Source: an uncultured delta proteobacterium (GTDB taxonomy: Bacteria > Myxococcota_A > Polyangia > Palsa-1104). Taken from it: DNA of 64,000 nt. The stretch is taken from positions 32,001 to 96,000 of the forward strand of contig CAWAWS010000018.1 of the NCBI GenBank assembly GCA_963785725.1, read 5' to 3'. Each line of letters starts with the position of its first letter. Within the stretch, counting starts at the first letter, position 1. The translations under genes and the position numbers were made by a program. This document shows, in pieces, positions 52,576-62,229 of the stretch. Below the pieces are notes generated by a model that saw only the letters and a program-made list of their open reading frames with translations, did not search any database and was not told the DNA's origin.

Positions 52576-55344
52576 ATGACGGGCACGCCGCGACGACGAG
52601 CCAGCGATCGCGTGCGGGCGCAGCCGCAGGGTTTCCTCGGCCACTTGCGCTTGCGTCACAAGCTGGCGCTCATGCTGACGATCGCCGCGCTCTTGCCGGT
52701 CCTCGGCGCCTCGACGGTGGCGATGCGGCTCGTGCTCGCGGGCCTCAAGTCGGGCGTGCGCACGCAGACCGAGCGGACGATGCGGGTGGCGCTGAACCTG
52801 GTGCTCACCAACGTCAAAGAGGTCTTCGAAGAGACGATTCGCATGTCGGAGACGGCGGGGCTGAGCGAGCTGCTGTTGCTCGATCCGCAGTCGACGGGCG
52901 AGCTGCTGATGCGCAAAGAGGCGTCGCTCATGCCGGGCTTGGTCGAGATCGCCGACGAGAACGGCAAGGTCGTCGGTCGCCGCATCATCGGCGGCGCGCA
53001 GATGGGCGCGACGCGCTCGTCGGCCGAGGCCATCGCCGGCGCCTTGTCGTACGAGCGGCGGGTGACGATCGCGCGCGGGCCGTCGCCGGGCAGCCCGATC
53101 ATCATCCGCGCCTCGGCGCCGGTCGTCGACGACGCCTATCAGCTGCGCGGCGCCGTCGTCGTCTCGGTGCCGCTCGATGCCGAGTTCGCCGATCGTTTGA
53201 AGGCGCAGCTGTCGGCCGACGTCGTCGTCTACCAAGGCGACGCGCCCACGGCCTCGTCATTCGTCGCCGCCGACGGGCGCCGCGAGGTCGGCTTCGTCGC
53301 GCCGCACGCCATCGCCGCCGACGTCTTGTCGGGCATGACGCGCGTCGTCGAAGCCGCGGCCTACGGCAAGACGTTTTCCGTGGGCTACGCGCCGCTGCAG
53401 GACTTCGAAGGGCGACGCCTGGGCATGCTCGCGGTCGCCGTCGACGAGGACGCGCTCGTCGCCGCCAAGCTGTCGGCGTGGCGCTCGCTGCTGCTCGGCG
53501 GCGCGTCGGCGGTGCTGTTCGCGCTGGCGCTGGCGGCGCTGTTGTCGCGGCGGTTGACGCGGCCGCTCGGCCACTTGCACGCGGGCGCGCTGGCCGTCGC
53601 GCGCGGCGACCTCGACCATCAGATCGTGCAGGAGACCGGCGACGAGATCGGCGACTTGGCCGTCGCCTTCGCGCAGATGACCCGCGGCGTGAAGGAGAAC
53701 CAAGAGCGCCTCGCCGCCCGCATGCGCGAGATCGTCACGCTGCACGAGATCGGTCGCGCCGTGTCGTCGGTGCTCGGGCTCGACGACGTGTTGCGCAAGA
53801 TCGTCGAGGAGGTGGCGTCGGTGCTCGAGTCCGAGCGCTGCGCGCTGCTCCTGACGCGGCCGGACGGCGGCCTGTCGATCGGCGCCGGCGTGCGCTTGCA
53901 AGGCGCGGAGCTCTTGCCGGCGCTGGGCGAAGTCCTACAGCGCCGCGGCGGTCCCGTGCGCATCGACGACGTGCGCCAGGACGACGAGCTGAAATTGCCG
54001 GCGGCCAACGCGCGCGTCGCCGGACCGCTCTTGGCCGTGCCGCTCGAGCAGAAGGACCGCGGCCTCGGCCTGCTCATCGTCACGCGCACCAAGGATCAGC
54101 CCTTCAGCGACGGCGATTTGCGGCTCGTGGCCACCTTCGCCAACCAAGCGGCGACGGCTATATCGAACGCGCGGCTCTACGACGACGTCACCAAGTCGTC
54201 GGAGGATCTGGAGATTCGCGTCAAGGAGCGCACCTTCGAGCTCGTCGTCTCCAACCGCGAGCTCGAGCGGACGCTGTCGGAGCTGCGCGCGGCGCAGGCG
54301 GCGCTCGTGCATTCGGAGCGCATGGCCGGCTTGGGTCAGCTCGTGGCCGGCGTCGCGCACGAGGTCAACTCGCCGGCGGCGGCGATTCAGGGCGCCGTCG
54401 ACAACCTCGCCGAGAACGTGCAGCGGCTGGCGCGGCGCGCGCGCGAATTATCGGACGTGCGCATGGCGCCCGAGGATCGCATGCGCTTCTTCGCGCTCGT
54501 CGAGCAGCTGGCGCCGCGCTTGGCGGGCGCGCGCGTCGAGGCGCCGGCGCTCGTCCGTCGGCAGGCGCGCGAGCTGGCAACCCGATTGGCCCAATTGGGA
54601 GTCCCAAAGGCGGAGAATGCCTGTCGTACGCTCGTGGAAATCGGCGCGGCCGAGGCCGCCTACAACCTGGCGCAGCTGGCGCAAGCGCCCAGCGACGACG
54701 CGGATGCGACGGCCGTGAGCGCGCGCCGGCTCGACGCGCTGGTGGGCTATCTGGAGCAGTACGCCTACCTGTTCCGCAACACGCACGCCATTCGCACGGC
54801 CATTCGCCGCATCACACGCATCGTCGGTGCGCTGAAGGGCTATTCACACCTCGATCAGGCCAAGGTGTCGGCTACGGACCTGCACGAAGGTATCGAGAAC
54901 ACCTTGGTCATCCTGCATAGCGAGCTTAAGTATGGTATAAACGTCACACGGGATTATACCGAGCTGCCGGCGGTGCCGGTCTACGTGGATGAGCTGAACC
55001 AGGTGTGGACCAACCTCATTCACAACGCCGTGCAGGCGCTGGGCGGTCGCGGCGATCTGCTGATCGAGACCCGTGTCGACGGGGCTCATGTCGCGGTGAC
55101 CGTGCAGGACAATGGACCGGGAATTCCCAGCGAGGTCATGCCTCGGATCTTCGAGCCATTTTTTACGACGAAGCCGAAGGGTGAGGGGACGGGATTGGGG
55201 TTGGGGATCGTAAAACAGATCGTGGACAAGCATGGCGGCAAGATCGACGTCACATCGGCGCCGGGTTTGACCCGCTTCACGGTGCGAATTCCTGTGATTG
55301 GTCCACCTCGCGCCGATGCTGATCCGGCGGCTGGGGCGGAGTGA
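52576..55344 (+). CDS. Membrane sensor histidine kinase (Cache-like periplasmic, HAMP, GAF, HisKA, HATPase)
   Basis: Two TMs; HAMP LTRPL..GDL..DEIGDLA; GAF; H-box AHEVNSP; NQVWTNLIHNA, DNGPG, FEPFFTTK, GTGLGL. Confidence 0.93.
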   Translation: MTGTPRRRASDRVRAQPQGFLGHLRLRHKLALMLTIAALLPVLGASTVAMRLVLAGLKSGVRTQTERTMRVALNLVLTNVKEVFEETIRMSETAGLSELLLLDPQSTGELLMRKEASLMPGLVEIADENGKVVGRRIIGGAQMGATRSSAEAIAGALSYERRVTIARGPSPGSPIIIRASAPVVDDAYQLRGAVVVSVPLDAEFADRLKAQLSADVVVYQGDAPTASSFVAADGRREVGFVAPHAIAADVLSGMTRVVEAAAYGKTFSVGYAPLQDFEGRRLGMLAVAVDEDALVAAKLSAWRSLLLGGASAVLFALALAALLSRRLTRPLGHLHAGALAVARGDLDHQIVQETGDEIGDLAVAFAQMTRGVKENQERLAARMREIVTLHEIGRAVSSVLGLDDVLRKIVEEVASVLESERCALLLTRPDGGLSIGAGVRLQGAELLPALGEVLQRRGGPVRIDDVRQDDELKLPAANARVAGPLLAVPLEQKDRGLGLLIVTRTKDQPFSDGDLRLVATFANQAATAISNARLYDDVTKSSEDLEIRVKERTFELVVSNRELERTLSELRAAQAALVHSERMAGLGQLVAGVAHEVNSPAAAIQGAVDNLAENVQRLARRARELSDVRMAPEDRMRFFALVEQLAPRLAGARVEAPALVRRQARELATRLAQLGVPKAENACRTLVEIGAAEAAYNLAQLAQAPSDDADATAVSARRLDALVGYLEQYAYLFRNTHAIRTAIRRITRIVGALKGYSHLDQAKVSATDLHEGIENTLVILHSELKYGINVTRDYTELPAVPVYVDELNQVWTNLIHNAVQALGGRGDLLIETRVDGAHVAVTVQDNGPGIPSEVMPRIFEPFFTTKPKGEGTGLGLGIVKQIVDKHGGKIDVTSAPGLTRFTVRIPVIGPPRADADPAAGAE

Positions 55345-56414
55345 TCGGATTGGAAAACTTGGCCAAGGACGGGGTTCAAAAAGAGCACATCATCTGCGTC
55401 GACGACGAAGAGGGCATCCTCACGGCGTTGCGGCAGCAGCTCGGGGCGCGCTTCGGTGACGAGTGCGAGATCGAGGTTGCACAGTCGGCCAAGGACGCGC
55501 TCGAGCTGGTCGAGGAGCTGCGCCGCGACGGCGAGCCGCTGGCGGTGATGATCGCCGACCAGATCATGCCCGGCATGAAGGGCGTCGAGCTGCTCGAAGA
55601 GGTGCACAAGCGCTCGCCGGGCACGACCAAGATCTTGCTCACCGGGCAGGCGGGTCTCGACGCCGTCGTCGCGGCCATCAACAAAGCCGGTCTCAACCGT
55701 TACATTCCCAAGCCTTGGGACGAGCCCGACTTGCGGCTCACGGTCGAGAATCTGCTGAAGACGTTTCGCTTGCATCGCCAGAACGAGACGCTGTTCGAGG
55801 ATCTGAAGCGCAAGAACATCGAGCTCGAGTCGGCCAAGGAGATGCTCGAGGAGAAGGTCAAGCAGCGGACGGCGGCGCTGGAAGAGGCCAACACGCGGCT
55901 CGGCCGTCTCGCGGTGACCGATGGGCTCACCGAGCTCTACAATCACCGCTACTTTCACGAGCAGCTGGCGCTGGCGATCGAGCGTTCGCAGCGCTCTTCG
56001 CTGCCAACGGCGCTGCTCATGATCGACGTCGATCACTTCAAGAAGTACAACGATCGCCAGGGCCATCCGGCCGGCGACGAGGCGCTGCGGACGGTGGCGC
56101 GGCTCATCAGCGAGGATCGCCGCACCGTCGACGTCGTGGCGCGTTACGGCGGCGAGGAGTTCGCCGTGCTGCTGCACGACACGACGAAACAGGCGGCGCT
56201 CGAGGTGGCCGAGAAGATCCGCGCGCGGGTCGCGCAGGCGCCGATCGCGCACGCCGACAAGCAGCCGCTCGGCCGGCTCACGGTCTCGATCGGCGTGGCC
56301 GCCTATCCGGTGGACGCCACCGAGGCCGAGGCGCTGCTCGAGGCCGCCGACGTCGCCCTCTATCGCGCCAAGAAGAGCGGCCGCGACACCGTCGTCCAGT
56401 CCGGCACACGCTGA
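55341..56414 (+). CDS. Response-regulator diguanylate cyclase (REC-coiled coil-GGDEF)
   Basis: VDDE, ADQIMPG, KPW; DGLT, DVDHFKKYND, GHPAGD, RTVD I-site, GGEEF; GTGA overlap. Confidence 0.94.
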   Translation: MIGLENLAKDGVQKEHIICVDDEEGILTALRQQLGARFGDECEIEVAQSAKDALELVEELRRDGEPLAVMIADQIMPGMKGVELLEEVHKRSPGTTKILLTGQAGLDAVVAAINKAGLNRYIPKPWDEPDLRLTVENLLKTFRLHRQNETLFEDLKRKNIELESAKEMLEEKVKQRTAALEEANTRLGRLAVTDGLTELYNHRYFHEQLALAIERSQRSSLPTALLMIDVDHFKKYNDRQGHPAGDEALRTVARLISEDRRTVDVVARYGGEEFAVLLHDTTKQAALEVAEKIRARVAQAPIAHADKQPLGRLTVSIGVAAYPVDATEAEALLEAADVALYRAKKSGRDTVVQSGTR

Positions 56415-56468
56415 AGTAAACGCTTCAGTATCCGACGCTGAAGTAGCTGCTTCAGTATTCGCTTCAGT
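56410..56468. repeat. Tandem palindromic repeat (27-bp period) between convergent genes
   Basis: GCTGAAGTAAACGCTTCAGTAT (56410-56431), GCTGAAGTAGCTGCTTCAGTAT (56437-56458), extra GCTTCAGT (56461-56468). Confidence 0.8.
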
Positions 56469-57825
56469 GTCGGGTGCGCACGAGGCGGTAGGGCCCGGCG
56501 GTGGCGATCGTCGTCAGCGACGGGGGCAGCGACGCGGCGTAGACCTCGGGGACGATGGCGAAGGCGGGCTGGGCGGCGAGGATGCGGGCGTAGTCGGCGG
56601 GCGTCGTCAGCAGGACTTCGGCGGGCAACATGCGGCGCGTGTCGGCGTATTCGGCGGCGTCGAAGACGAGCTGCACCGTGCGGCGGTCGGCGTACCAACG
56701 CGCCGAATACGGCGATTGGTCGACGATGAAGAGCGGCTCGCCGGCGCTCATGACCGCGCTCGCTTGCCGCGCCAAGACGCCGGAGTCGGGATCGGCGACT
56801 TCCGGCGGCGACAGCCACGCGGCCGCGAGATGCCACGCGGCGAACAGGGCGAGCGCGAGCGCGGCCAGCCAGCGGCGAATGTCGACGAGCGCGGCGGCGG
56901 CCATGAGCGCCAGCGCCGGGTAAGCGGGCAGCGCGTAGTAGTCGTAGCGCGAGGCGACGAGCGAAAACGGCAGCAGCGTCGCCAGCGTCCATATGAGCGG
57001 CGGCCAGTCGCGGCGGCGCGCGGCGTGGATGATGCCGACGACGAAGACGAGCACGAGCACGCCTTCGGTCCGCAGCATCATGGCCGGGTAATAGAGCGGC
57101 GTCGAATGGCGCAGCATCGGCGACAGCGAACGGCCGACGAGGTTGGCGACGAAGAAGGCGTCGACGAAGGCGTGGCCGTGCCGCGTCCACTGCCAGGCGA
57201 TCCACGGCAGCGACGGCGCGGCGGCGAGCGCCAAGCCGAGCGCCAGCGGGCGCGGACGGGGACGCCGCAGCGCCAGCAGCGCCAGCGGCAGCGCGCCGAC
57301 GATGGGCTTGACGAAGAGCGCGGCGCCGACGAGCAGGCCGAAGGCGTACCAAGCACGCGGGCGGGTCGGCGTCAGCTCCCAGGCGAGCCAGGCGGCGAGC
57401 ATGCAGTCGACGAGCAGCGGCTCAGACTCGATATACGCGGCGTAGCGCAAGGTCAGGCGCGACGTCGTGAACAGTAGCGCGGCGACGAGGCCGACCGGGA
57501 GATCGCGGCGAACGGCGCCGATGGCGAAGAGGAGCGCCGCCGCCAGCGCCGCTTCCAGCGCCAACGGCAGCCGCACGACGAATTCGCGGCTGCCGCCCAC
57601 GGCGACGGCGAGCGCCAGCGGCCAGACGCTGGCCGGCGGACGATAGAGGCAGGGCGCGCCTTGCCAGCGCAGCGTGCCGAACTCGTGGGTCGCGGCCATC
57701 TCGCGCGCCATTTGCGCGTAGACCGCTTCGTCGCCATTGCCGAGCGGGCGCGCGAGCGTGGGCGTGAACAGCGCGGCCGAGACCAGGAACACGACGACGC
57801 CGAGGAGGACCGGCGCCCGCTTCAT
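56464..57825 (-). CDS. ArnT/PMT family (GT-C) glycosyltransferase
   Basis: DEAVYAQMAREM, YRPP, EFVVRLP, multiple TMs, YALPAYPALAL. Confidence 0.87.
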   Translation of the reverse strand: MKRAPVLLGVVVFLVSAALFTPTLARPLGNGDEAVYAQMAREMAATHEFGTLRWQGAPCLYRPPASVWPLALAVAVGGSREFVVRLPLALEAALAAALLFAIGAVRRDLPVGLVAALLFTTSRLTLRYAAYIESEPLLVDCMLAAWLAWELTPTRPRAWYAFGLLVGAALFVKPIVGALPLALLALRRPRPRPLALGLALAAAPSLPWIAWQWTRHGHAFVDAFFVANLVGRSLSPMLRHSTPLYYPAMMLRTEGVLVLVFVVGIIHAARRRDWPPLIWTLATLLPFSLVASRYDYYALPAYPALALMAAAALVDIRRWLAALALALFAAWHLAAAWLSPPEVADPDSGVLARQASAVMSAGEPLFIVDQSPYSARWYADRRTVQLVFDAAEYADTRRMLPAEVLLTTPADYARILAAQPAFAIVPEVYAASLPPSLTTIATAGPYRLVRTRH

Positions 57826-59388
57826 ACGAGCGCGATCACCCGCGGCTTTCGTCCGCGCGCGCGCAAGAAGGCCCGCTGCACGGCGCGCTTGACCGCCGTC
57901 GGCACGTCGACGCCGCCGGGATCGCGGCGCGCGGCCTCGGCGGCGGCTTCGGCGTCGGCGACGATGGCTAAAAGCGTGGTCGCGTTGCAGACGCCGTGCG
58001 CTTCGACGCGCAGCCTGCCGGCCACGTCGGCGACGAAGACGACGCCGTCGCCGGCCAGGCGGCGGCGGGCGCGCAGCACCTCGTGGTCGACGTCGCCGAG
58101 CTGCGTGCCCTCGAGCGACACGCGCCCGGTGGGAACGCGCTCCTCGACGAGGCGCGCGCCGTTCTCCGTCAGCTGCAGGATGTCGCCGTCGACGAGCACG
58201 AACGAGGGAACGCCCACGGACTCGGCCAGATCGGCGTGCGCGAAGAGCTGGCGACGGCCGCCATGCACCGGCATGAGCGCGCGCGGCTGCGTCAGCTGCA
58301 TGAGCTCGCGCAGCTCGTCCTGGCAGGCGTGACCGCTGGCGTGCAAGCCGGGCGCGTCGACGAGCTTGACGCCGCGGGCCAGCAGCTTGTCGACGATGCG
58401 CGCCACCGCCCGCTCGTTGCCCGGCACCGGTCGCGACGACAGAACCAGCGTGTCGTTGCGGCCGAGCGAGATCAGCGGATGCTCGCCCGACGCCATGCGC
58501 CCGAGCGCCGCGCGCGCCTCGCCTTGGCTGCCGGTCACGAGCAGCGCCACCGACGACGGCGGCCGCGTCATCACCGAGGCCGCGTCGATCAAGAGACCGG
58601 CCGGCGGATTGAGCGCACCGACGCTGATCGCCGCTTGCGTCATCTCTTTGAGCCCGCGGCCTTCGAGGCAGACTTTGCGCCCGAGCCGCTGGCAGGCGTT
58701 CATGATCGTCGCAATCCGCTGCACGCTCGACGAGAAGAACGAGAACACGACGCGGCCGCGCGCCGCCTCCAGCTGCGCCACGAGCGCACGGGCGACGTCG
58801 GTCTCCGAGCCCGAGCGGCCGGGTCGTGTCGCGTTGGTCGAATCGGCGACCAGCAGGTCGACGCCGGTCTCGTCTTGGCCGAGCTCACGCAAGCGCGCGA
58901 CATCGGTGGGCGTGACGGCGTCGTGGTCGATCTTCAGGTCGCCGGTATGGATGACGCGACGGCCGCCGGCGTTGATGCTGATCGCGCACGCGTCCGGGAT
59001 CGAGTGCGCCACCGTCAGCGACTCGATCGTGAACGGCCCGAGCGCGATCGTCTCGCCCGGTGTCAGCACGTGCAGCTGCGATTGATCGATCGAGCCGCGC
59101 AGTCGCGCCAACGTCAGCGGCCGGCCGTAGATCGGCGCCGGCGCCACGGCCAGCGCGTGCGGCAAGGCCGCGATGTGATCTTCGTGCGCGTGGGTCAAGA
59201 ATCCAGCCGACGACGTCGCTGCCGCGCGACGCCAGCCATGTGAAATCGGGCATCCACATGTCGACGCCCGGCGATTCCTCGTCGGGAATTTGGCCGCCGC
59301 AGTCGACGCACAAGAGGGCGCCGTCCGCTTCGTAGACGGTCAGATTACGCCCGAACTCTCCACAGCCGCCGAGCGGCACGACGCGCAC
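57822..59388 (-). CDS. rnj: Ribonuclease J, apparent +1 frameshift near 59200
   Basis: PLGGCGEFGRN, VDCG, PGVD..PDF in one frame; THAHEDHI, HSIPD, HTGDLK, DSTNA, TGSQGE, HASGHA, PVHG in the next. Confidence 0.9.
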
Positions 59389-59422
59389 TCGGCTATCATA
59401 CGCGCGAGTCGGGAGGGTCGAC

Positions 59423-60424
59423 ATGGAGATCGCGGTCATCGGCGCCGGAAGTTGGGGCACGGCGCTGGCCAAAGTGCTGGCGGACAAGGGTTACGCGACG
59501 ACGCTGTGGGGTCGCGATGCGGCGCATTTGGCCGAGATCGAGCGCGATCGCGTCAACGCGCGCTATTTGCCGCAGGCGAAGCTGCCGCCGACGCTGAAGG
59601 CGACGGCGGATCTGGAGAGCGCCGTCGCCGGCAAGGCCGTCGTCGTCTCGGTCGTGCCGTCGCATACGGTGCGCGAGGTCTTTGGGCGCGCGGGCAAGCT
59701 GATGGCGCCCGACGCGATGGTGATTTCGGCCTCCAAAGGCATCGAAAACGAGTCGCTGGCGACGATGGACGAGGTGCTCAAGGAGGTCTTGCCCGGCAAG
59801 ATTGGCACGCGGCTCGGCTTCCTGTCGGGCCCGAGCTTCGCCAAAGAGGTCGGCGCCGGCTTGCCGACGGCGGTCGTCTTGGCGTCGCGCGAGCGCCGTG
59901 TGGCCGACGAAGGCGCGGCGCTGTTTCAGGCCGAGCGCTTTCGCGTCTATACGTCGGATGACGTCGCCGGCGTCGAATTCGGCGGCGCGCTCAAGAACGT
60001 CATGGCCATCGCCGCCGGCGTCGCCGACGGGCTCGGCCTCGGCAACAACGCGCGCGCCGCGCTCATCACGCGCGGGCTGGCCGAGATCTCGCGCATCGCC
60101 GTGCGCAAAGCGGCCAATCCGCTGACGCTGGCGGGCTTGGCCGGCCTCGGCGACCTCGTCTTGACGTGCACGGGCGATCAATCGCGCAATCGCTCCGTCG
60201 GGCTCGGGCTCGGCCGCGGGCAGACGCTGGCGCAGGTGCTGGCCGGCATGTCGCAAGTGGCCGAAGGCGTCAAGACGACGAAGAGCGCGCACGATCTGGC
60301 GGCGCGGCTCGGCGTCGACATGCCGATTACGCGGGCGATGTATCGCGTCATCTACGAAAACGTGCCCGCGGCCGATGTGCTCGTCGAGCTGCTCGGTCGC
60401 CAGCCGAAACACGAGCTCGCCTAA
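59423..60424 (+). CDS. gpsA: NAD(P)H-dependent glycerol-3-phosphate dehydrogenase
   Basis: GAGSWGTALA, SKGIE, LSGPSFA, GGALKNV, GLGDLVLTC..SRN, VAEGV. Confidence 0.97.
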   Translation: MEIAVIGAGSWGTALAKVLADKGYATTLWGRDAAHLAEIERDRVNARYLPQAKLPPTLKATADLESAVAGKAVVVSVVPSHTVREVFGRAGKLMAPDAMVISASKGIENESLATMDEVLKEVLPGKIGTRLGFLSGPSFAKEVGAGLPTAVVLASRERRVADEGAALFQAERFRVYTSDDVAGVEFGGALKNVMAIAAGVADGLGLGNNARAALITRGLAEISRIAVRKAANPLTLAGLAGLGDLVLTCTGDQSRNRSVGLGLGRGQTLAQVLAGMSQVAEGVKTTKSAHDLAARLGVDMPITRAMYRVIYENVPAADVLVELLGRQPKHELA

Positions 60425-60630
60425 AGCCAAAGCGGAACGCCGGGACTATGTGACCCTGCGGCAATTTGACGCAGGGCCGCGACGAACGGAATAGACGCGC
60501 TGTGCCCTATTCGGTGGTCGGCTTTTCGTGGTATCGTTCGTGAGCAGCGTATTCCGTTCATCGTCCGTCATCACCTGTGGCGTTTAGTCACATGCCTCGC
60601 GTAGCTTCGAACGACTGAGAAGGAGGCTTC

Positions 60631-62229
60631 GTGCAGGAACCGCCGAAGGCGGACGGCAAGCGGCGCGTCCTCATCGTCGACGCCGACGCGGGATTCGTGA
60701 GCGCGCTGTCCGAGGAATTCCGGCAGCGCGACTTCGACGTGCAGGGCGCGGCCGACGCCGACGCGGCGATCGCGGCCATGGCGAGCGGCGCGCCCGAGCT
60801 GGTCGTGCTCGATCTCTATCTGGCGAAGGGCGCCGCGCTCGACCTGTTGCGCTTGTGGAAGCGACAAGCGCCCGAGCTCGTCATCATTCTCGTGTCCGAC
60901 AATGCGTCGTTGACGGTGGTCGTGGATGCGCTGAACGAAGGCGCGCGCCGCTTCTTCACGAAGCCCGTCACCGCCGCGGCGCTGCTCGACGAGCTGAAAG
61001 ATCGCCGGCTCGGGACGGAGACGACGCCGAGTCACCTCTTGAGCGTGGCCGCGCTCAAGGCCGAAGGCGCCGACCGCTTCTTCATGCTCTCGCCCGGGCT
61101 CTTGTGCGTGGCCGGCTTCGACGGCTACTTCAAGCTGCTCAATCCGGCGTGGGAGAAGACGCTCGGCTATTCCATCGACGAGCTGTGCGCGCAGCCGCAG
61201 ATCGAGCTGGTCCATCCCGACGATCGGCAAAAGGCCAGCGACGAAGGCGTGGAGCTGTGTAACGGCGAGACGGTCTTTCGCTTCAAGAATCGTTATCGCT
61301 GCAAAGACGGCTCTTATCGCTGGCTGGAATGGAACGCGATGCCGTCGCCGGTCCATCGGCTGATTTACGCGTCCGCGCGTGACGTCACGCTGCGCGTTCG
61401 CATGGAGCAGGGGCTGCGCCAGTCGAACGAGCAGCTCAAGCGGCAGGTCTCGTCGCGCGAGATGCAGCTGCGCGAATCGGCGGTGCTGAACGACTCGCTG
61501 GCGGAGCTCGGGCGCGTCAAAGACGACGTGGCGGCGATGATCGTTCACGATCTGAAGAATCCGCTCTCGGTGATTCTCTCCAATTACGAATACGTGCTCG
61601 AAGGATTCGAGGGCGCTGCCGATTGTCTGGAGGCGCTGCAGGATTCGCGCAATGCCGGCCAGCGCATGCTGCGGCTGCTGGCCAACCTGGCCGATGTCGC
61701 GCGTTTGGAGAGCGGCGTCGTCACCGTCAGCACGAGCGAGGTCGGGCTCGCGCAGCTGGTGCAGAGCGTGGCCGAGCAGCGGCGCGTCATCGCGCGCTCG
61801 CGAAACATCGAGATCCTCGTGCTGCCGTGCGCGGACGCGACGGTCGCCATCGACGCCGATCTCGTCACGCGCACGATCGAGAACATCTTCGACAATGCGC
61901 TCCGCTACGCGCCCGAGGGCGGTTTCATCGAGGTCGAGCTGCGCGTGGCGGGGAGCGACGTCGAGCTGCGCATCGGCAACTCCGGCCGCGCCATTCCGAT
62001 GGACGAGCGGCAGACCATCTTCGAGAAATACCGGCAGACGGGCGCGGTATCGGGCCGCATGAACCTCGGCCTGGGGCTGTATTTTTGCCGGCTGGCCACC
62101 GAGGCGCAGCGGGGCCGGATCTGGGTCGAAGAGACGGCGCGCCTGCCGACCGTGTTCGCGCTGCGTTTTCCCGGCCACCCGTGCGTCGCCGCCAGCGTGG
62201 CCGAGGCGCGGCCGCGCGAGGCGATCTAG
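60631..62229 (+). CDS. Hybrid REC-PAS sensor histidine kinase
   Basis: REC (VVLDLYL, FTKP), PAS (LNPAWEKTLGY, VHPDD, RYRCKDGSYRWLEW), HDLKNPL, NALRYA, GLGLYF; AAGGAGG RBS. Confidence 0.9.
   Translation: MQEPPKADGKRRVLIVDADAGFVSALSEEFRQRDFDVQGAADADAAIAAMASGAPELVVLDLYLAKGAALDLLRLWKRQAPELVIILVSDNASLTVVVDALNEGARRFFTKPVTAAALLDELKDRRLGTETTPSHLLSVAALKAEGADRFFMLSPGLLCVAGFDGYFKLLNPAWEKTLGYSIDELCAQPQIELVHPDDRQKASDEGVELCNGETVFRFKNRYRCKDGSYRWLEWNAMPSPVHRLIYASARDVTLRVRMEQGLRQSNEQLKRQVSSREMQLRESAVLNDSLAELGRVKDDVAAMIVHDLKNPLSVILSNYEYVLEGFEGAADCLEALQDSRNAGQRMLRLLANLADVARLESGVVTVSTSEVGLAQLVQSVAEQRRVIARSRNIEILVLPCADATVAIDADLVTRTIENIFDNALRYAPEGGFIEVELRVAGSDVELRIGNSGRAIPMDERQTIFEKYRQTGAVSGRMNLGLGLYFCRLATEAQRGRIWVEETARLPTVFALRFPGHPCVAASVAEARPREAI

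Noticed and set aside
55341..56414. Possible Hypr GGDEF (3',3'-cGAMP synthase) as in Geobacter and Myxococcus
   Set aside because: The specificity Asp in GHPAGD is retained, so a canonical c-di-GMP cyclase is expected
56410..56468. Mini-CRISPR or LexA box
   Set aside because: Spacers are only 5 bp and there are no cas genes; CTGAAG-N6-CTTCAG differs from the GAAC-N4-GTTC type and is not in a promoter position
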